DNA of 64,000 nucleotides from Candidatus Micrarchaeota archaeon (GCA_964579265.1 CAZOFO010000002.1:22856-86855), one strand, 5' to 3'. Counted from the stretch's first letter, positions 1 through 10,151 are shown. Translations and numbers: made by a program. Notes: generated by a model from the sequence alone, not told the origin.

Positions 1-980
1 CAAAATGGGCAGTAGAAAAAGGATACGGAAATAAAAAAGACCTCAAACTTATAGAAGAAAACGGAAAAATGGAAAACTCAGACCCTTCAAAAGTATCAAA
101 AAAAGCTAAAGAAAGACAGAAAAAAGAAGTAGGGACACTAGGATCAGGAAACCACTACTTAGAAGTTCAAAAAGTTACAGAAATACACGACAAAGAAAAA
201 GCAGAAAAACTAGGAATAGAAAAAGACGATGTCACTGTAATGATACACTGCGGATCAAGAGCTCTAGGACATCAAGTTGCAACGGACTACACTGAAAAAA
301 TGAAAAAAGCATCGAAGAAACACAATATAGATCTACCTGACAAAGAACTAGCTTCAGCACCCATAAAATCAAAAGAAGGACAGGAATACTTGAAAGCAAT
401 GAATTCAGCAATAAACCTCGCAGCAGCAAACAGACAAGTAATAGCAGGACTAACAAGAAGAGCCTTTGACCAAGTAATGCCAGAAGCAAAACTAGAAACA
501 ATATATGAAATTAACCACAACACATGCAAAAAAGAAACTCACAAAATAAATGGAGAAAAAAGAGAACTATACGTTCACAGAAAAGGATCAACAAGATCAT
601 TCGGACCAGGTCACAAGATACTTCCAAATAAATACAAAGGAATAGGACAACCAGTCCTAATAGGAGGAACAATGGGAACATCATCCTACATATTAACAGG
701 AACAGAAAAAGCAATGGACAAAAGCTTTGGATCAACCTGCCACGGCGCTGGAAGAACAATGAGTAGAAACAAAGCAAAACAAAAATTCTGGGGAGAAGAC
801 GTAGTAAAAAGACTGAAAAAAGAAAAAAATATCTTAATAAAAGCTCATTCAATGGCAGGAGCAGCAGAAGAAGCACCTGGAGCATATAAAGATATAGATA
901 AAATTGCAGAATCAGTAGAAAAATCAGGACTAAGCAAAAGAGTAGCAAAAGTAGAACCAATGGCAGTTATAAAAGGATAA
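1..980 (+). CDS. rtcB: RNA-splicing ligase RtcB (3'-tRNA ligase), C-terminal part; 5' end lies outside the window
   Basis: The frame is open from base 3 (KWAVEKGYGNKKD...). Conserved RtcB segments are present: HCGSRALGHQVATDY, NHNTCKKE, GSTRSFGPGH, GGTMGTSSYILTG, STCHGAGR. The ORF track gives 69..980. Confidence 0.85.
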   Translation, partial: KWAVEKGYGNKKDLKLIEENGKMENSDPSKVSKKAKERQKKEVGTLGSGNHYLEVQKVTEIHDKEKAEKLGIEKDDVTVMIHCGSRALGHQVATDYTEKMKKASKKHNIDLPDKELASAPIKSKEGQEYLKAMNSAINLAAANRQVIAGLTRRAFDQVMPEAKLETIYEINHNTCKKETHKINGEKRELYVHRKGSTRSFGPGHKILPNKYKGIGQPVLIGGTMGTSSYILTGTEKAMDKSFGSTCHGAGRTMSRNKAKQKFWGEDVVKRLKKEKNILIKAHSMAGAAEEAPGAYKDIDKIAESVEKSGLSKRVAKVEPMAVIKG

Positions 981-1376
981 TTATTCTAATAAACTATCAA
1001 AAAAGAATAAATGACTATCACAACCACAATCAGTACATCCAAACCCATCTACCGAACCATCAGAAACCTTATCAATTTCAGAAGCAACATCACATTCATT
1101 TTTGTTTTGAGACGGAAACTCACTATAACCCCATAAATCAAAATTATCAGAAACAATAAGATAATCGACGTGCCAATGAACAGAACCTTTGCCTGAGAAG
1201 AATAGTGACGCATGTCTATTAACACGAGTTTCGATAGATTGATTCTCCCCGAACGCAGAACCGATATAAACATAAACCCCTCTCGAAAAGAACTTCTTAC
1301 CCAAAGAACCTACGATCAATTCAATATCTGAGAGATTTTCAAAGATTAAACCATAACTACCTTTAATTTTCAACAC
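981..1376 (-). CDS. GIY-YIG-like nuclease family protein (DUF123-like)
   Basis: Motifs GVYVYIGSA, RVNRHASLF and HWHVDYL match the DUF123/GIY-YIG pattern. A C-terminal Cys cluster (GCTDCGCDSH) is present. Confidence 0.5.
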   Translation of the reverse strand: MLKIKGSYGLIFENLSDIELIVGSLGKKFFSRGVYVYIGSAFGENQSIETRVNRHASLFFSGKGSVHWHVDYLIVSDNFDLWGYSEFPSQNKNECDVASEIDKVSDGSVDGFGCTDCGCDSHLFFFDSLLE

Positions 1377-1483
1377 CTCTAAAAACCCAATAAAAATTTA
1401 TTATTAGTAAAGTTTTTAAAGAAAGCACTCTTAATTAGAAAAAGAAACAAAAAAATAAAAAATCAAAAAAATAGGAGATAAAA

Positions 1484-2233
1484 ATGGGAAGAGTAAAAAC
1501 AGGCATAGAAGGTCTAGACGAAGCTTTACAAGGAGGAATACCTGAAAACAGAATGATCCTCTTATCAGGAGCAACAGGAACAGGTAAAACAATTCTCTCA
1601 ATGCAATACCTAATTCAAGGAGCTAAAAACGGAGAACCAGGAGTATTCATAACTGCAGACGAAAGACCAGACCACATAAGACAAGACATGGATAATTTCG
1701 GGTGGAATTTAGAAAAACTAGAGAAAGAAGGAAAACTAGCAATACTCGACGCATCAGCAGCAAAAATAGGATACGCATCCGACGAAAAATACTCAGTACC
1801 ACAAATAGGGCTAGACGTAGAAGAACTAATACTGAAATCAGTGGACCTGATAAACAAAATAGGAGCAAAAAGAGTAGTATTAGATTCAATACCAGCAATA
1901 GGAATGAAAATGGAAGACGAAGCAGAGATAAGGAATACAATACTAAAAATGAACTACATGTTCGGAGAAGAAGATGTAACAGCAATAATGACCAGCGAAG
2001 TACCGGAACAAAACCTAAAAGTAGATAGAATGAAATTCAGCAAATACGATGTAGAAGCATACGTAGCAGACGGAGTGATAATGCTACACTACTTAGGAGT
2101 AGGAAGCGAATCAAACAGATCAATATTCATAAGAAAAATGAGAGCAACAGAACACACAGAAGATATCCTACCAATGGAAATAACGGAAAAAGGAATAGAA
2201 GTAAAACCACCTGAAAGAGGATACGAATACTAA
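1484..2233 (+). CDS. KaiC-like RecA-superfamily ATPase, single domain
   Basis: N-terminus GIEGLDEALQGGIPENRMILLSGATGTGKT carries a Walker A motif. The KaiC/RadA fold pattern is present. An RBS-like GGAGAT sits upstream. Confidence 0.7.
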   Translation: MGRVKTGIEGLDEALQGGIPENRMILLSGATGTGKTILSMQYLIQGAKNGEPGVFITADERPDHIRQDMDNFGWNLEKLEKEGKLAILDASAAKIGYASDEKYSVPQIGLDVEELILKSVDLINKIGAKRVVLDSIPAIGMKMEDEAEIRNTILKMNYMFGEEDVTAIMTSEVPEQNLKVDRMKFSKYDVEAYVADGVIMLHYLGVGSESNRSIFIRKMRATEHTEDILPMEITEKGIEVKPPERGYEY

Positions 2234-2281
2234 AAACCAAGTAATTCTACAAAACAAAAAGACAGCAAGAAGGCAAGGAGC

Positions 2282-3214
2282 ATGGACAGAAAAGAATTAG
2301 AACCAGTTGAAGACATAGACCCAAGAAAAATAAATTCTAAAGAACTTATCAAACAATACGAAAAAAGCGGAGGATTCACAACAAACCTAATAGCAGAAGC
2401 AAGTAAAATATTAAAAGAAATAAAAGAAAAAGGAGAAAAAACACATTTCTTTTTATCCTTCCCAGCATGTATAACAGCAACAGGAACGAGAGGAGTAATA
2501 AAAGAACTAGTAAAAACAGGAGAAGTAGACAGCATAATAACAACCTGCGGTACACTAGATCATGACCTAGCAAGAACCTGGAAAGAATATTACAAAGGAT
2601 CATTTCAACTAAACGATAAAGAACTGAAAGAAAAAAAGATACAAAGACTTGGAAACATCCTAATACCAGAAGAATGCTACGGACCAGTAATAGAAAAAAA
2701 TTTAAAACCAATACTAGAAGAAATAAATGAGGAACATAGAGAAATATCTACCAATACACTCGCAAAAGAGATAGGTAAAAAGATAGAAGACAAAAACAGC
2801 ATCTTACACTGGACAGCAAAAAAAGACGTAAATGTCTACATACCAGGCATAACCGACGGAGCAGTAGGAACTCAAATATGGAGCTACCAACAAGATAAAG
2901 ATCTAAAAATAGATATCTGGAAAGACGAAGAAGAACTAGCAGACATAGTATTCGAAGAAGAAGATACCTCAGCCTTAATGATAGGAGGAGGAATAAGCAA
3001 ACACCATGTAATATGGTGGAACCAATTTAAAGAAGGATTAGACAGAGCAGTATACATAACCACAGCACCAGAATGGGACGGGTCCCTATCAGGAGCAAGA
3101 TTAAAAGAAGCAATAAGCTGGAAAAAACTTAAAAAACAAGCAAAACACACAACAATCCCAGGAGAAGCCACCGCGATTCTACCAATACTTACCTCAGAAT
3201 TCCTGGAAAAATAA
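2282..3214 (+). CDS. dys: deoxyhypusine synthase
   Basis: Conserved DHS segments: FLSFPACITATGTRG, SIITTCGTLDHDLARTW, NILIPEECY, GGGISKHH. Confidence 0.85.
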   Translation: MDRKELEPVEDIDPRKINSKELIKQYEKSGGFTTNLIAEASKILKEIKEKGEKTHFFLSFPACITATGTRGVIKELVKTGEVDSIITTCGTLDHDLARTWKEYYKGSFQLNDKELKEKKIQRLGNILIPEECYGPVIEKNLKPILEEINEEHREISTNTLAKEIGKKIEDKNSILHWTAKKDVNVYIPGITDGAVGTQIWSYQQDKDLKIDIWKDEEELADIVFEEEDTSALMIGGGISKHHVIWWNQFKEGLDRAVYITTAPEWDGSLSGARLKEAISWKKLKKQAKHTTIPGEATAILPILTSEFLEK

Positions 3215-3256
3215 AAAAGAAAGATAAAGTTTTTAAAGACAGAGTACTTTCTTTAA

Positions 3257-4042
3257 ATGAAAAACAAGAGAGTGAATAAAATGGAGAGAGAACCAACAGG
3301 AATACCAGGAATGGATAAATTAATTGACGGAGGAATCCCAAAAAAATCAGTTTCTCTAGTATCAGGATCCCCCGGAACAGGAAAAACCATATACTCCCTA
3401 CAGTTCTTGAGAGAAGGAGCAAAAAGATACGACCAAAGATGCCTATACATATCATTTGAAGAAGAACCAGAAAGCATAATCAAACAAGGAGAAGGATTCG
3501 GATGGGATCTAAAAGAACTTCAAGCATCAAAAAACTTTAAAATAATATACAACGACATAACTAGAAGAACACTAGGAGAAAACGAATCATACCTAGACGT
3601 AATAAGAGGACAAATAGAGAGATACAAACCCGATAGACTAGCAATAGATTCCTTAACAACACTATCAAACTTCCCAGTATCTTTTGAAGAACTCTCACAA
3701 TACGGATTAGCAACAGATTTCGATAGATTCTCCCCAATAGGAATACAACAAGACCTATTAATAAGACTACAAATGCACAAACTAATAAAAGTAGTCCGAA
3801 ACGCAGACTGCACATCCCTACTGATATCAGAGATACAAAAAGGAAGCGAAGAAATGTCATCGGACAAAGTAAGTGAATTCCTAAGCGATAATGTCATTCT
3901 ACTCAAATACCCAGGTGGAAATATAAAAAGAACTCTAAAAATAGAAAAAATGAGAGGAACAGACCACTACGAAGACGAAGCATCAATGGACATAACAGAA
4001 GACGGAATACAGGTCGAAAAAATAGAAGAACAATTCAAATAA
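3257..4042 (+). CDS. KaiC-like RecA-superfamily ATPase, single domain (paralog of 1484..2233)
   Basis: GIPGMDKLIDGGIPKKSVSLVSGSPGTGKT carries Walker A. A KaiC-like C-terminal segment follows. Confidence 0.7.
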   Translation: MKNKRVNKMEREPTGIPGMDKLIDGGIPKKSVSLVSGSPGTGKTIYSLQFLREGAKRYDQRCLYISFEEEPESIIKQGEGFGWDLKELQASKNFKIIYNDITRRTLGENESYLDVIRGQIERYKPDRLAIDSLTTLSNFPVSFEELSQYGLATDFDRFSPIGIQQDLLIRLQMHKLIKVVRNADCTSLLISEIQKGSEEMSSDKVSEFLSDNVILLKYPGGNIKRTLKIEKMRGTDHYEDEASMDITEDGIQVEKIEEQFK

Positions 4043-4092
4043 ACCTCAATCAAAACAATTAAACCCCAATCCTACATGTGTATACAGCAAAT

Positions 4093-4103
4093 GTAGTGCC
4101 TAA
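4093..4103 (+). promoter_or_regulatory. conserved 11-mer GTAGTGCCTAA downstream of a TATA-like box, about 90 nt upstream of the lysine-rich protein gene
   Basis: Context: tgtatacagcaaatGTAGTGCCTAAag. Confidence 0.45.
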
Positions 4104-4193
4104 AGTTTCCAAAAACAGCTTTAGTAACTGAATCAAAAACAAATCTAAAAATAATGCATAAAAAGTTTTAAACACCATCTACATAACTATAAA

Positions 4194-5099
4194 GTGGTGA
4201 ACATGGCTTCGAAGAGAGTCAAAGACAAAAAAAGAAAATTGGCGGAGAAAGCAAGAGCAAAGAAATTACCCAGCAAAAAAGAACTTGATAAAAAAATGAA
4301 AAAGAGATTAAATGAAATCAAGAAAGAACAAGAAAAGATGAAGAAAAAATTCGCCAAAGAAAAAAAAGGAGGATTCAACTCATCTAAAGCTAGAAGGATG
4401 AGCTCAAAAAAAGAAGGAGTCAAAAAACCCAAGGAAATGAAAGACGAAGTAGTAAAAAAAAGAGCAGAGAAAAGGTTAAAAAAATTAAGGGAAAAATCTA
4501 AAGATAAGATAAAGAACTTGAATAAAAAAGAAGGAGTAATAGCTGTTCTGCCATCACCCTACAAAGGTGAGGAAATAGTTCTGAGAAAGAGGGAAGTAGC
4601 GGATCATGTTGAAATAGAAGCAATGAGGAAAAAAGGAAAGGAAGAGGAAAAAATAGGATTTATAGGAGCTAGAGAATCTAAAGAGATGGGAGAAAAAATA
4701 ATTGAAATACCAAGCATGAGAGTCGCAAGAGAATACAGAAAAGCAGGGATAGGAACAGCTCTGGACTCAGCACTCCAGCTGGAAATAGAGAAGAAGAAAG
4801 GAAAAGTTGATTATTCAATCCAACCTGCAGGGAGAGAAGGTAAAAAATTCTGGGAAAAAAGAAGAAAGAGAGGAAAAGAATTTGAAATAAAAAATAAAGA
4901 TAAAAAAATAGATACTAAGAGTTCATTAAAAGAAATCAAAAAAGCAAGGGATCCAATCAAAAAAGCCAGTAAACTGGTAGAAGAAGGTAAAATACAGAAG
5001 AGGAACTATAAAGAAGTATCAGAAAAATTAAAGAAAGAAGGAAATACAATAATTGCTAAAGAAATAGAAACAATAATCGAAAAGCACCCTGCTATCTAA
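4194..5099 (+). CDS. lysine-rich highly basic protein of unknown function, possibly nucleic-acid binding
   Basis: 301-aa ORF with an extremely K/R/E-rich N-terminal half. No recognisable catalytic motif. The coding strand is purine-rich like its neighbours. Confidence 0.4.
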   Translation: MVNMASKRVKDKKRKLAEKARAKKLPSKKELDKKMKKRLNEIKKEQEKMKKKFAKEKKGGFNSSKARRMSSKKEGVKKPKEMKDEVVKKRAEKRLKKLREKSKDKIKNLNKKEGVIAVLPSPYKGEEIVLRKREVADHVEIEAMRKKGKEEEKIGFIGARESKEMGEKIIEIPSMRVAREYRKAGIGTALDSALQLEIEKKKGKVDYSIQPAGREGKKFWEKRRKRGKEFEIKNKDKKIDTKSSLKEIKKARDPIKKASKLVEEGKIQKRNYKEVSEKLKKEGNTIIAKEIETIIEKHPAI

Positions 5100-5138
5100 T
5101 TTTGTAGATTTAAGAAAATACCATTCTATAATCTCCGT

Positions 5139-5149
5139 GTAGTGTCTAA
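5139..5149 (+). promoter_or_regulatory. one-mismatch variant (GTAGTGTCTAA) of the 11-mer downstream of a TATA-like box, about 40 nt upstream of egsA
   Basis: Context: ttctataatctccgtGTAGTGTCTAAaag. Confidence 0.4.
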
Positions 5150-5189
5150 AAGCCAACTATTAATAAAGTCATGAGAGAAAAAAATCTAG

Positions 5190-6215
5190 ATGATTAAAAT
5201 GCAGAAACACATACAACTACCAAGCAACTTCTGGATAGGTAAAAACGCGTTGGAAAATCTTGAAAAATACAAGGAAAAAAACACATTAGTAGTAACCGGG
5301 CCAACAACACGGAAAGTAGCCGGAGATAAAGCCGCTGAAATACTTGAAACAGATACGCTAATAGTGGAAGAGCCCACCACCAAAGAAGCAGAGAGAGTGG
5401 AAAAAGAAATCAAAGAAAACGATAAAGACATAGCCATAGCAGTAGGAGGAGGGAAAGTAATAGACGTAACAAAGTCCGGGAGTTACAGAGCAGGTAAAAA
5501 ATTCATATCAATACCAACAACATTAGCCAACGATGGAATAGCAAGTCAAATGGCCTCATTACAAGAAAATGGAACTAGAGAATCAAAAAAAGCAGAAACT
5601 CCAGAAACAGTGATAGTGGACTCGGGAATAATAAAAAACTGCCCGTATGAACTTATAAGAGGAGGAGTCGGGGACACTTTATCAAACCTCACAGCAGTAA
5701 AAGACTGGAAACTCGGTCACATAGTAAAAAATGAATATTACGGAGACTATTCATCCTCACTAACCAAAATGGTGGGAGAATTAGTGAAACAGAGATCGAA
5801 ATCAATAAAAGAAAAAAATAAAGAAGGATTAAGCACATTAACAGAAGCACTAATATCATCAGGAGCAGCAATGGGAATAGCAGGAAGTTCAAGACCAGCT
5901 TCAGGATCAGCACATAAATTAAGCCATACTTTAGATAAAATAGCAGACAAACCAGCAATCCATGGAGAACAATGTGGAGTAGGAGCAATAGCAATGAAAT
6001 ACCTACAAGGAGGAAACTGGAGAGAAATAAAAAACGCTCTAAAAGATGCTGAAGCACCCACTAACGCAGAAGAACTAGGAATAGAAAAAGAAACGATGAT
6101 AGAAGCAATGGTGAAAGCGAAACAGATAAAACCAAAAAGATATACAATACTAGAACATATAGACATAGATAGAGAAATAGCAAAAAACACGCTTGAAGCA
6201 ACAGGAATAATATAA
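5190..6215 (+). CDS. egsA: glycerol-1-phosphate dehydrogenase [NAD(P)+]
   Basis: GGGKVIDVTK, IPTTLANDGIAS, GDTLSNLTAVKDWKLGH, GSAHKLSHTLD and HGEQCGVG are typical of archaeal G1PDH. Confidence 0.85.
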   Translation: MIKMQKHIQLPSNFWIGKNALENLEKYKEKNTLVVTGPTTRKVAGDKAAEILETDTLIVEEPTTKEAERVEKEIKENDKDIAIAVGGGKVIDVTKSGSYRAGKKFISIPTTLANDGIASQMASLQENGTRESKKAETPETVIVDSGIIKNCPYELIRGGVGDTLSNLTAVKDWKLGHIVKNEYYGDYSSSLTKMVGELVKQRSKSIKEKNKEGLSTLTEALISSGAAMGIAGSSRPASGSAHKLSHTLDKIADKPAIHGEQCGVGAIAMKYLQGGNWREIKNALKDAEAPTNAEELGIEKETMIEAMVKAKQIKPKRYTILEHIDIDREIAKNTLEATGII

Positions 6216-6227
6216 AAAGGTGATAAA

Positions 6228-6983
6228 ATGGAAAAAAATACGACAGAAAAACTCAAAAACATCATTGAAAAGGAAGGAGCATGCCACTTGACCCTGATAG
6301 ACCCTGACGAACAAAGCCCTAAAGAATCAGTTAAGATAGCAAAAGAAGCAGAAAAAGCAGGAACAGACGGAATAATGATAGGAGGATCAGGAGTAGACCA
6401 AGATGCAGTAAGAAAAACAAGTAAAAAAATAAAAGAATCTACAGACATCCCAAAAATAATATTCCCAGGAGACACATCCAGCATAAACAAACACGCTGAC
6501 GCAATATTTTTCATGTCTCTATTAAACTCAAGATCCAGATACTGGTTATCAATGGCCCAAGCATTTGGATCATTCAGCGTGAAAAAAGCAGGATTAGAGC
6601 CAATACCTCTTGGATACATAATACTTGAAACAAGCAATAAAACAAGTGTAGAATTCTACGGAGACGCAAACGTAATCCCAAGAGATAAACACAAAATAAC
6701 AGCAGCATTCGCACTAGCAGCACAGTACATGGGAATGGAATTCGCCTACCTGGAAGGAGGATCAGGAGCAGCAGAACCAGTACCTAACAAGATGATAGGA
6801 ATAACTAAAAAAACAGTTGATATCCCAATAATAGTAGGTGGAGGAATAAGAGATAAAAAAACAGCAGCAGAAAAAGTGAAAGCAGGAGCAGATGTGATAG
6901 TAACAGGAACAATAGCAGAAGAAGCTGAAAATGTAGAGAAAAAACTAAAAGAGATAGTAAAAGGAACAAAAGTAAATAAATAA
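6228..6983 (+). CDS. geranylgeranylglyceryl phosphate synthase (PcrB/GGGPS family)
   Basis: TDGIMIGGSG, IFPGDTS, AIFFMSLLNSR, AYLEGGSGA and IIVGGGIR match. The gene sits immediately downstream of egsA. Confidence 0.8.
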   Translation: MEKNTTEKLKNIIEKEGACHLTLIDPDEQSPKESVKIAKEAEKAGTDGIMIGGSGVDQDAVRKTSKKIKESTDIPKIIFPGDTSSINKHADAIFFMSLLNSRSRYWLSMAQAFGSFSVKKAGLEPIPLGYIILETSNKTSVEFYGDANVIPRDKHKITAAFALAAQYMGMEFAYLEGGSGAAEPVPNKMIGITKKTVDIPIIVGGGIRDKKTAAEKVKAGADVIVTGTIAEEAENVEKKLKEIVKGTKVNK

Positions 6984-6990
6984 GAGAAAA

Positions 6991-8010
6991 ATGATAGAGA
7001 TAGACGGATCAGAAGGAGGAGGACAAATACTAAGAACAGCATCTTCCTTAGCAGCCGTTACAGGGAAAAAAGTAAAAATAGAAAACATAAGAGGATCAAG
7101 ACCAAACCCAGGTCTAAAAGAACAACATCTCAAAGGATTAAGAGGTATAGCCGATATAAGTAATGGAGAGCTAGAAAACGATAAAAAAGGATCAAAGGAA
7201 ATAATATTTATACCTGGAGAAAAAATAAACCAAGATCAAAAAATAAAAATAGAAACAGCCGGATCAATAGGACTAATTCTACAGCAGTTTCAAATACTAG
7301 CTCTTAAAAAGAAAATAAACCTAGTAATAGAAGGAGGAGGGACAAGTGTAAAGTGGTCCCCACCTGTAGAATACATGTCAAAGATATTTCTACCTCTAAT
7401 TAAGCAATATGGTTACAAAGGAGAGATTAAAATAGAAGAACACGGGTTCTACCCAAAAGGAGGAGGAAAAGTAAAAGCTCAGTTAAACGGGAAAAAACTT
7501 AAGAGGATAAATATAGAAGATAAAGGAGAAATAGAAAAAATAGACGGAATTTCAAAAGCCAGTAGAACTTTGAAAGAACAAAGAGTAGCGGAAAGACAAA
7601 AAAAGAGAATAAAAAAATTAGTAAAGGAGAAAATGAAGAAAACACCATCTATAAAAGAGAAATATGTAAAATCTCTTTCCCCTGGTTCAGTAATCCTATT
7701 GAGAGCAAAAACTGAAAAAAGCATTATCGGATCTGACCAATTAGGAGAAAAAGGTAAAAGAAGTGAAAAAGTTGCTTTAGAAGCTTTTGAAAAACTAAAA
7801 AGAGAAATAGATTCTAATTCCTCAGTAGATATTCATATGGCAGACCAATTAATACCATATATGGGTTATCTGGAAAAAGAATCAATGATAAAAACTAGAA
7901 AGATAACTCAGCATATAAAAACCAATATAGATACAACTAAAAAGATATTGAAATCAGATTTCAGGATAGAAGGAAATAAAATCAGGTGCTTAGGAAGAAA
8001 CACACTTTAG
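6991..8010 (+). CDS. rtcA: RNA 3'-terminal phosphate cyclase
   Basis: N-terminus IEIDGSEGGGQILRTASSLAAVTGKKVKIENIRGSRPNPGL is the RtcA signature. ADQLIPYM lies near the C-terminus. Confidence 0.8.
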   Translation: MIEIDGSEGGGQILRTASSLAAVTGKKVKIENIRGSRPNPGLKEQHLKGLRGIADISNGELENDKKGSKEIIFIPGEKINQDQKIKIETAGSIGLILQQFQILALKKKINLVIEGGGTSVKWSPPVEYMSKIFLPLIKQYGYKGEIKIEEHGFYPKGGGKVKAQLNGKKLKRINIEDKGEIEKIDGISKASRTLKEQRVAERQKKRIKKLVKEKMKKTPSIKEKYVKSLSPGSVILLRAKTEKSIIGSDQLGEKGKRSEKVALEAFEKLKREIDSNSSVDIHMADQLIPYMGYLEKESMIKTRKITQHIKTNIDTTKKILKSDFRIEGNKIRCLGRNTL

Positions 8011-8015
8011 TAAAA

Positions 8016-8894
8016 CTAAATAGTAACCCTAACTAGATACAGGAAAGCATCACCTATAACCAAACTGATTAGAAGAGCTAAAAAGATATATGGGACAAAA
8101 ATAGGGAGATCTTCACAGACAGGAACTTTTTCATAATTAGATTCTTCCGCTTTTTTCTTAATATTCTTCAATTCAGGACTAGTAAATGTTTTTCTCCATA
8201 ATCCAAGTTCCTCTTGCTTTTCTTCACTAATCTGCTCAAGTGCAAGAACATCATCATCATTCAAATCCTTTATAGGTTTCTTAACACTATAGAAAAGATC
8301 TATCATGTCCTCCTTAAATGGTATTAAAGAAACAGTAATAGCCATAGGTATGAATAGAAATAGAAAAGCAATACTCATATAAATCCAAATCAGGAGCAAA
8401 GGTGTTAATAAAGCAGCAAACAGTAATCCTTTTTTAATCTTTCTAGAATACTCTTCTATTTCATTCTTCTTTTTAAATATTTTATAATGGTTTTGTATCG
8501 ATATAGCAAACATAGGTCCTATTATACCTGAAAGAATGAATACAGACCCTACAAAAGGATAAACTGGTATAGCTGGATTTATACCTATTGATTCTGCAAT
8601 TGGTTTCATTATATCAGGGTAATAAGGTACTAAAAGAGCTATTGCTGTGAATAGTTTTACATCTCCTCCTCCTATCTGTCCGAAAGAATACATTGCAAAC
8701 CCAATTCCAAAAACAATTGCAGCTACGCTATATATGAATAAAAGATTATTATGGACTATTGGAGCTAATATTATGCCTGAAGCGATCATGAAATGGCTTA
8801 ATTTATCTGGTATAATGCTTGATTTGTAGTCAGTATAAGCTGCTATGCCTGTTCCTATTACAACTATCAATAGATTGATTATTATAGGGTCCAT
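8016..8894 (-). CDS. archaeal type IV prepilin / preflagellin peptidase (A24 family)
   Basis: Polytopic membrane protein. The first catalytic Asp sits in AAYTDYKSSIIP. The second lies in the GxGD motif IGGGDVKLF. Confidence 0.7.
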   Translation of the reverse strand: MDPIIINLLIVVIGTGIAAYTDYKSSIIPDKLSHFMIASGIILAPIVHNNLLFIYSVAAIVFGIGFAMYSFGQIGGGDVKLFTAIALLVPYYPDIMKPIAESIGINPAIPVYPFVGSVFILSGIIGPMFAISIQNHYKIFKKKNEIEEYSRKIKKGLLFAALLTPLLLIWIYMSIAFLFLFIPMAITVSLIPFKEDMIDLFYSVKKPIKDLNDDDVLALEQISEEKQEELGLWRKTFTSPELKNIKKKAEESNYEKVPVCEDLPIFVPYIFLALLISLVIGDAFLYLVRVTI

Positions 8895-8915
8895 TTTATC
8901 AACTTTTCATTTTTA

Positions 8916-10151
8916 TCAATGAATCTCTAATACATTTAATTTTTCAGTTTCTAGTTTATTCCTCATAGATTCAGCGAAACTAGGTCTTGTTCTACCGTAA
9001 TCACCTGAAACAAGTTCTTTTATGTAAGTACCTGCTTCCGCTTTTATCTTAACTTTGAATCTTTTATCCTCTATCTTTTCAGCTTCTACTTCTTTTATTT
9101 CTCTTTCCCTTGCTTTATCTGCTCTTCTGTGGTTAACTCTAGTCGGTGTTCTTTGCTCTATTTCTTTATTTTTAAATTCTTCTTCCAGTTTTTTCATATC
9201 TTCTTCTGTCACTTCTTTTTCAGCTTTTACCCATATTTCATAGGTTTTGTTACTTCTCTTTGATTTCAAATCAATTACTTCTTCCTTATCAGATTCTCTT
9301 AAATCTTTTATCTCTATTTTACCTTCAGCATTTTCCTTTACCTTTTCTTTAAATTTTTCTAAGTCTATATTTCTTTTCTTTGGTCTCAGAGCCTCTATAA
9401 CAAAGGGTCTTCCCTCACCTAGCATCAGAGCATCTTTATCTTCTCTTCCTTGACCATGGAACTTTGATTCTTCTGCTCCTGTCATTTTGAATAGAGGTCC
9501 TGCTATTATTCCTTCAACAGTATATGGGAACTGTTGACCTGAATCATCACACTCTTCGCATCCTTCTCCATCGCAGTGTCTACATGGCCATTTCGTTTGG
9601 GGTATTTCTCTTTCCAATTTTCTGTATCTGCCGTAGATGTATAGAGATTTGATTTGTGTTTCTATTTTATTCTCTTTGAAGTTCAATATGAATGTTATTT
9701 CTGGATCTTCGAACTCTACTTCCTTATTTGTATTTTTCTCTATTTTTTTACCTGTTTCTCTGTTGATTTGTCTCTTTATTGGTTCTGCATCTTCTGGTAC
9801 TATTTCAGACCATATTTGTTCTTCGTTTTCAGCTATTTCTCCAGGAACCTTTGTTCCAACCAGGAAATTATTGAATTCCCATTTTTCAGCTTCTTTAAAT
9901 AATTTTGACTGCATTTTAGGGAGTTCTTTGAGTAATCCGTTACATATTTGGCAATTTTCTTTTTTCTGAGGATTTAAATTCTCTTTCTCTATTATCTTTT
10001 CTATTTGTTCCTGGTCCTGAGCTTTTCTTAATGCTGCGCCTATTGTTCCATTTGGTATTCCTTGATGTTTAAGTGTTATTTGTCTTCCTAAACAATGATC
10101 ACATATTTCTCCTCTTTTCATTAATTTTTCTTTTATTTTAATTGAATTCAT
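8916..10151 (-). CDS. pus10: tRNA pseudouridine synthase Pus10
   Basis: N-terminal Zn-binding CDHC...CQIC and CRHCDGEGCEEC segments are present. Catalytic segment GREDKDALMLGEGRPF. C-terminal EQRTPTRVNHRRADKARER. Confidence 0.65.
   Translation of the reverse strand: MNSIKIKEKLMKRGEICDHCLGRQITLKHQGIPNGTIGAALRKAQDQEQIEKIIEKENLNPQKKENCQICNGLLKELPKMQSKLFKEAEKWEFNNFLVGTKVPGEIAENEEQIWSEIVPEDAEPIKRQINRETGKKIEKNTNKEVEFEDPEITFILNFKENKIETQIKSLYIYGRYRKLEREIPQTKWPCRHCDGEGCEECDDSGQQFPYTVEGIIAGPLFKMTGAEESKFHGQGREDKDALMLGEGRPFVIEALRPKKRNIDLEKFKEKVKENAEGKIEIKDLRESDKEEVIDLKSKRSNKTYEIWVKAEKEVTEEDMKKLEEEFKNKEIEQRTPTRVNHRRADKAREREIKEVEAEKIEDKRFKVKIKAEAGTYIKELVSGDYGRTRPSFAESMRNKLETEKLNVLEIH

Noticed and set aside
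232-960. Antisense ORFs inside the rtcB coding region (and the many similar Leu/Phe-rich antisense ORFs throughout the track)
   Set aside because: They are shadow ORFs created by the strong purine bias of the sense strand. Their peptides are low-complexity L/F/S-rich and overlap well-supported genes.
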